A stretch of 35,827 bases of DNA from positions 1 through 35,827 of IMG/VR virus record IMGVR_UViG_3300032233_001211; one strand, given 5' to 3'. The position numbers and the translations under genes were made by a program. The notes beneath the pieces are model-generated. The model did no database searches. It saw only the letters and a list, made by a program, of their open reading frames with translations, and had not been told where the DNA came from. The first letter of the stretch is position 1; each line of letters begins with the position of its first letter. Source of the stretch: a virus. Its lineage: Duplodnaviria; Caudoviricetes. Below, piece by piece: positions 33,811 through 35,827 of the stretch.

Positions 33811-34551
33811 ATGCGTACCCTTACCCTGACAACGCCGCAGACGCGCGGCCCCGCTGTTGATCGCGCCCAGCGCATCCTCACCAATCGAGGATACTTCGTT
33901 GGCAAGATTGATGGCGTGTTCGGCGAGATCACCGGTCGAGCTTGTAGCGATGCTAAGTACGCGCTTGGCTACGCAACTAAGAACATTAAGCCGTCGTACG
34001 GGAATGATCTTGAAGCATTCTTGACCGGCAAGAAGAAGCCAACTCCGGCAATGCGTATCCGCGCTAATCAGCGCAAAAAGAAGACGAGCCTTGGTGAGAT
34101 GGCTGTTCGCATTGCGCAGCAGTATGTTGGCGTGAAGGAGAATCCTCCTGGTTCAAACAAGGTCATGTTCTCTGAGTGGTATGGAATTGTCGGCGCTTGG
34201 TGCGCAATGTTTGTCACGTTCTGTTTTGTTGAGGCAGGCAGCAAAGCGTTTAAGCGCGGAGATCGTTGGGCGTACTGTCCGTTCCTTCTTGCCGATGCTC
34301 GCAACCCGAACATCAGTGGCGTGACTATCGTCCCTGAAGGCGAAGAGATGACGGGTGATATTGCGCTTTACGGTTTTGGTGGAACAGTCGCTAAGCACGT
34401 AGGCATTGTCGTCACACCGCCGCGCAATGGCATTTCGTTTATTGCGATTGAAGGCAACACTTCTGTTGGTGCGGACAGTGACGGCGGAGAAGTGATGGTG
34501 CGTCAGCGCCACACTAAGGACGTTATCGCTTTCGTCCGAGCCGTCCGTTAA
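33811..34551 (+). CDS. Endolysin: N-terminal peptidoglycan-binding domain + CHAP domain
   Basis: 'RGPAVDRAQRIL...IDGVFGEIT' (PG_binding_1-like); 'AWCAMFV', 'HVGIV', 'IEGNT' (CHAP); AAGGAGG SD. Confidence 0.9.
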   Translation: MRTLTLTTPQTRGPAVDRAQRILTNRGYFVGKIDGVFGEITGRACSDAKYALGYATKNIKPSYGNDLEAFLTGKKKPTPAMRIRANQRKKKTSLGEMAVRIAQQYVGVKENPPGSNKVMFSEWYGIVGAWCAMFVTFCFVEAGSKAFKRGDRWAYCPFLLADARNPNISGVTIVPEGEEMTGDIALYGFGGTVAKHVGIVVTPPRNGISFIAIEGNTSVGADSDGGEVMVRQRHTKDVIAFVRAVR

Positions 34552-34581
34552 CTTCCGCCTAATTTCCCTTAAGGAGGAAAT

Positions 34582-35475
34582 ATGCGCGTTGCCCGAATCA
34601 CCGAAACATTCAGTGCTGGCGAGACATTCCGTATCTGGCCAATCAGTGACACTCATCTCGGCGCTGCCGACGTAGACGAAGAAGCTCTGCGCGAACACGT
34701 AGAGATGATTCGTCAAGACAAGAACGCTCGCGTCATCTTCCTTGGTGACGTTGGTGATCTTATTGACTGGCGAGACAAACGATTCCAGGCTGGCATGTGG
34801 CCTGAGCGGTACATGGACGCGATGCACGCCGAGGGTGGCATTCCGTCTGAAACTGTCGCTCACGCGCTGGAGATCTTCTCGCCTATTCGTAAGCAGATTT
34901 GGTGCTGGTTGTCTGGTAATCACGAGTACACAATCCGTAGTCGCTTTGATCGAGAGATCGGTAGCGAAATTGCCGCTCAGCTTGGCGTTGAGTATCTAGG
35001 CTATGGTGGCTTCTTGCGTGTGCAGTGGAAGAACGCTGTTAGCAAGGCTGCTGGTGGCGAACACGTTACCGTCTTTGATCTTCATCATGGTTGGCAAGGA
35101 GGCCGGACTGCCGGTGCGAAAATCAACACTCTTGAGAAGCACTTGGGCGAGTCTGATGCTGATGTTGTATTGCGAGGACACTCGCACGATAGGGTTGCGC
35201 ACATATTCCCTAGCCTTCGCATCATGCCTACGCAAGTCCGAGACTGGGAACGAGTCGTAGCGCACTGTGGTACGTACAAGCTTGGTCGTGTTGACACGAA
35301 GCGTGGCGAGGAGAACCATGATACGTGGGAGGCACGTAAGGGTTTTCGTCGGAAGACGCAGAACGTTACTGGGCCGCCGCTGATTGAGATGACGATGCTT
35401 CGGCATGATCGTCCATCTGATAAGAAGGGTAACTTGTCGGCGCGTGCTGGTGTGCAGTATCGTGTAATCCTATGA
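34582..35475 (+). CDS. Calcineurin-like metallophosphoesterase
   Basis: All five motifs present: SDTHLG, GDVGD, GNHE, HHG, GHSH; AAGGAGG SD. Confidence 0.88.
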   Translation: MRVARITETFSAGETFRIWPISDTHLGAADVDEEALREHVEMIRQDKNARVIFLGDVGDLIDWRDKRFQAGMWPERYMDAMHAEGGIPSETVAHALEIFSPIRKQIWCWLSGNHEYTIRSRFDREIGSEIAAQLGVEYLGYGGFLRVQWKNAVSKAAGGEHVTVFDLHHGWQGGRTAGAKINTLEKHLGESDADVVLRGHSHDRVAHIFPSLRIMPTQVRDWERVVAHCGTYKLGRVDTKRGEENHDTWEARKGFRRKTQNVTGPPLIEMTMLRHDRPSDKKGNLSARAGVQYRVIL

Positions 35476-35490
35476 GGAAGGGGGTGAAGA

Positions 35491-35670
35491 ATGAATCTGA
35501 ATCCAAAAGTCAAAGCGAGCGCGCTGGCTGCTGCGGCGACCCTGGTGATTGTCTTTGTGCTGGGTCAGGCAGGAGTGAGTGTCCCTGCGGACGTAGCGGC
35601 AGCGGTGACGCTGATCCTCAGTGTCGCTGCCGGGTATCTGAAGGGCGCAAATGACTGGTCAGCACGTTGA
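35491..35670 (+). CDS. Holin-like two-TM protein (59 aa), absent from the ORF track
   Basis: MNLNPKVKASALAAAATLVIVFVLGQAGVSVPADVAAAVTLILSVAAGYLK...; two hydrophobic helices with the PKV..VP..AGY pattern of actinophage holins; purine-rich SD. Confidence 0.75.
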   Translation: MNLNPKVKASALAAAATLVIVFVLGQAGVSVPADVAAAVTLILSVAAGYLKGANDWSAR

Positions 35671-35827
35671 TCCGCTAGCGAGCATGGCTCGTGATGTTCG
35701 ATGGGCGTTGGATGCGCTTCGCGCTGGCGAGGCTGAAACTGCGGAGCGCATCCTAGCTCGCTCGTTTGAAACGTACGTCCTGATCAGAGAGGGCGAACCA
35801 GAGCGACTTGCAAATCGTTCTCGCCGC
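35651..35827 (+). CDS. Hypothetical protein (3'-truncated)
   Basis: ATG overlapping the holin end; frame open to the window end (MTGQHVDPLASMARDVRWALDALRAGE...). Confidence 0.55.
   Translation, partial: MTGQHVDPLASMARDVRWALDALRAGEAETAERILARSFETYVLIREGEPERLANRSRR

Larger units (their letters stand above)
1..35827 (+). mobile_element. Tailed dsDNA bacteriophage genome fragment, probable podovirus, probable actinobacterial host
   Basis: Co-oriented TerS-TerL-portal-scaffold-MCP-adaptor-nozzle-fibre-internal proteins-lysis genes; no host housekeeping genes, integrase, tape measure or sheath seen. Confidence 0.95.

Noticed and set aside
35472-35654. 60-aa ORF from the supplied track
   Set aside because: The overlapping frame 35491-35670 gives a convincing two-TM holin with an SD.
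1-35827. Stop-codon reassignment
   Set aside because: Genes are full length under the standard code, and TAA, TAG and TGA are all used as stops.

Overview
The whole window is a fragment of a tailed dsDNA phage genome (Caudoviricetes), with all credible genes on the + strand. Positions 1-5510 hold the end of a RuvC-like resolvase gene and a run of small, tightly coupled, SD-led early-type genes, including an acidic protein resembling T7 Ocr and two promoters whose -35 box lies in the loop of an inverted repeat. A ~700-bp structured, strand-skewed non-coding gap follows. The late region runs TerS, TerL, five small genes, a fibre/FG-GAP adhesin cassette, portal, scaffold, major capsid protein, a two-domain glycosyltransferase, adaptor, nozzle, collar-domain fibre, three probable ejected internal-virion proteins (up to 2017 aa), NlpC/P60, CHAP endolysin, metallophosphoesterase and holin. 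No tape-measure, tail-tube or sheath gene is visible, so a podovirus is inferred; the holin type and leaderless signals suggest an actinobacterial host. The most striking non-coding signals are: (i) ten late genes with a TANNNT hexamer exactly 6-7 nt before the start codon and no SD (leaderless -10-only promoters); (ii) a repeated '14-bp box + ~101 bp + hairpin-embedded promoter' early architecture; (iii) a ~90-100 bp hairpin + double poly-C element present twice, 27 kb apart; and (iv) CCGACC boxes at the head-gene translation starts. All product calls come from motif recognition by eye; no database searches were run.
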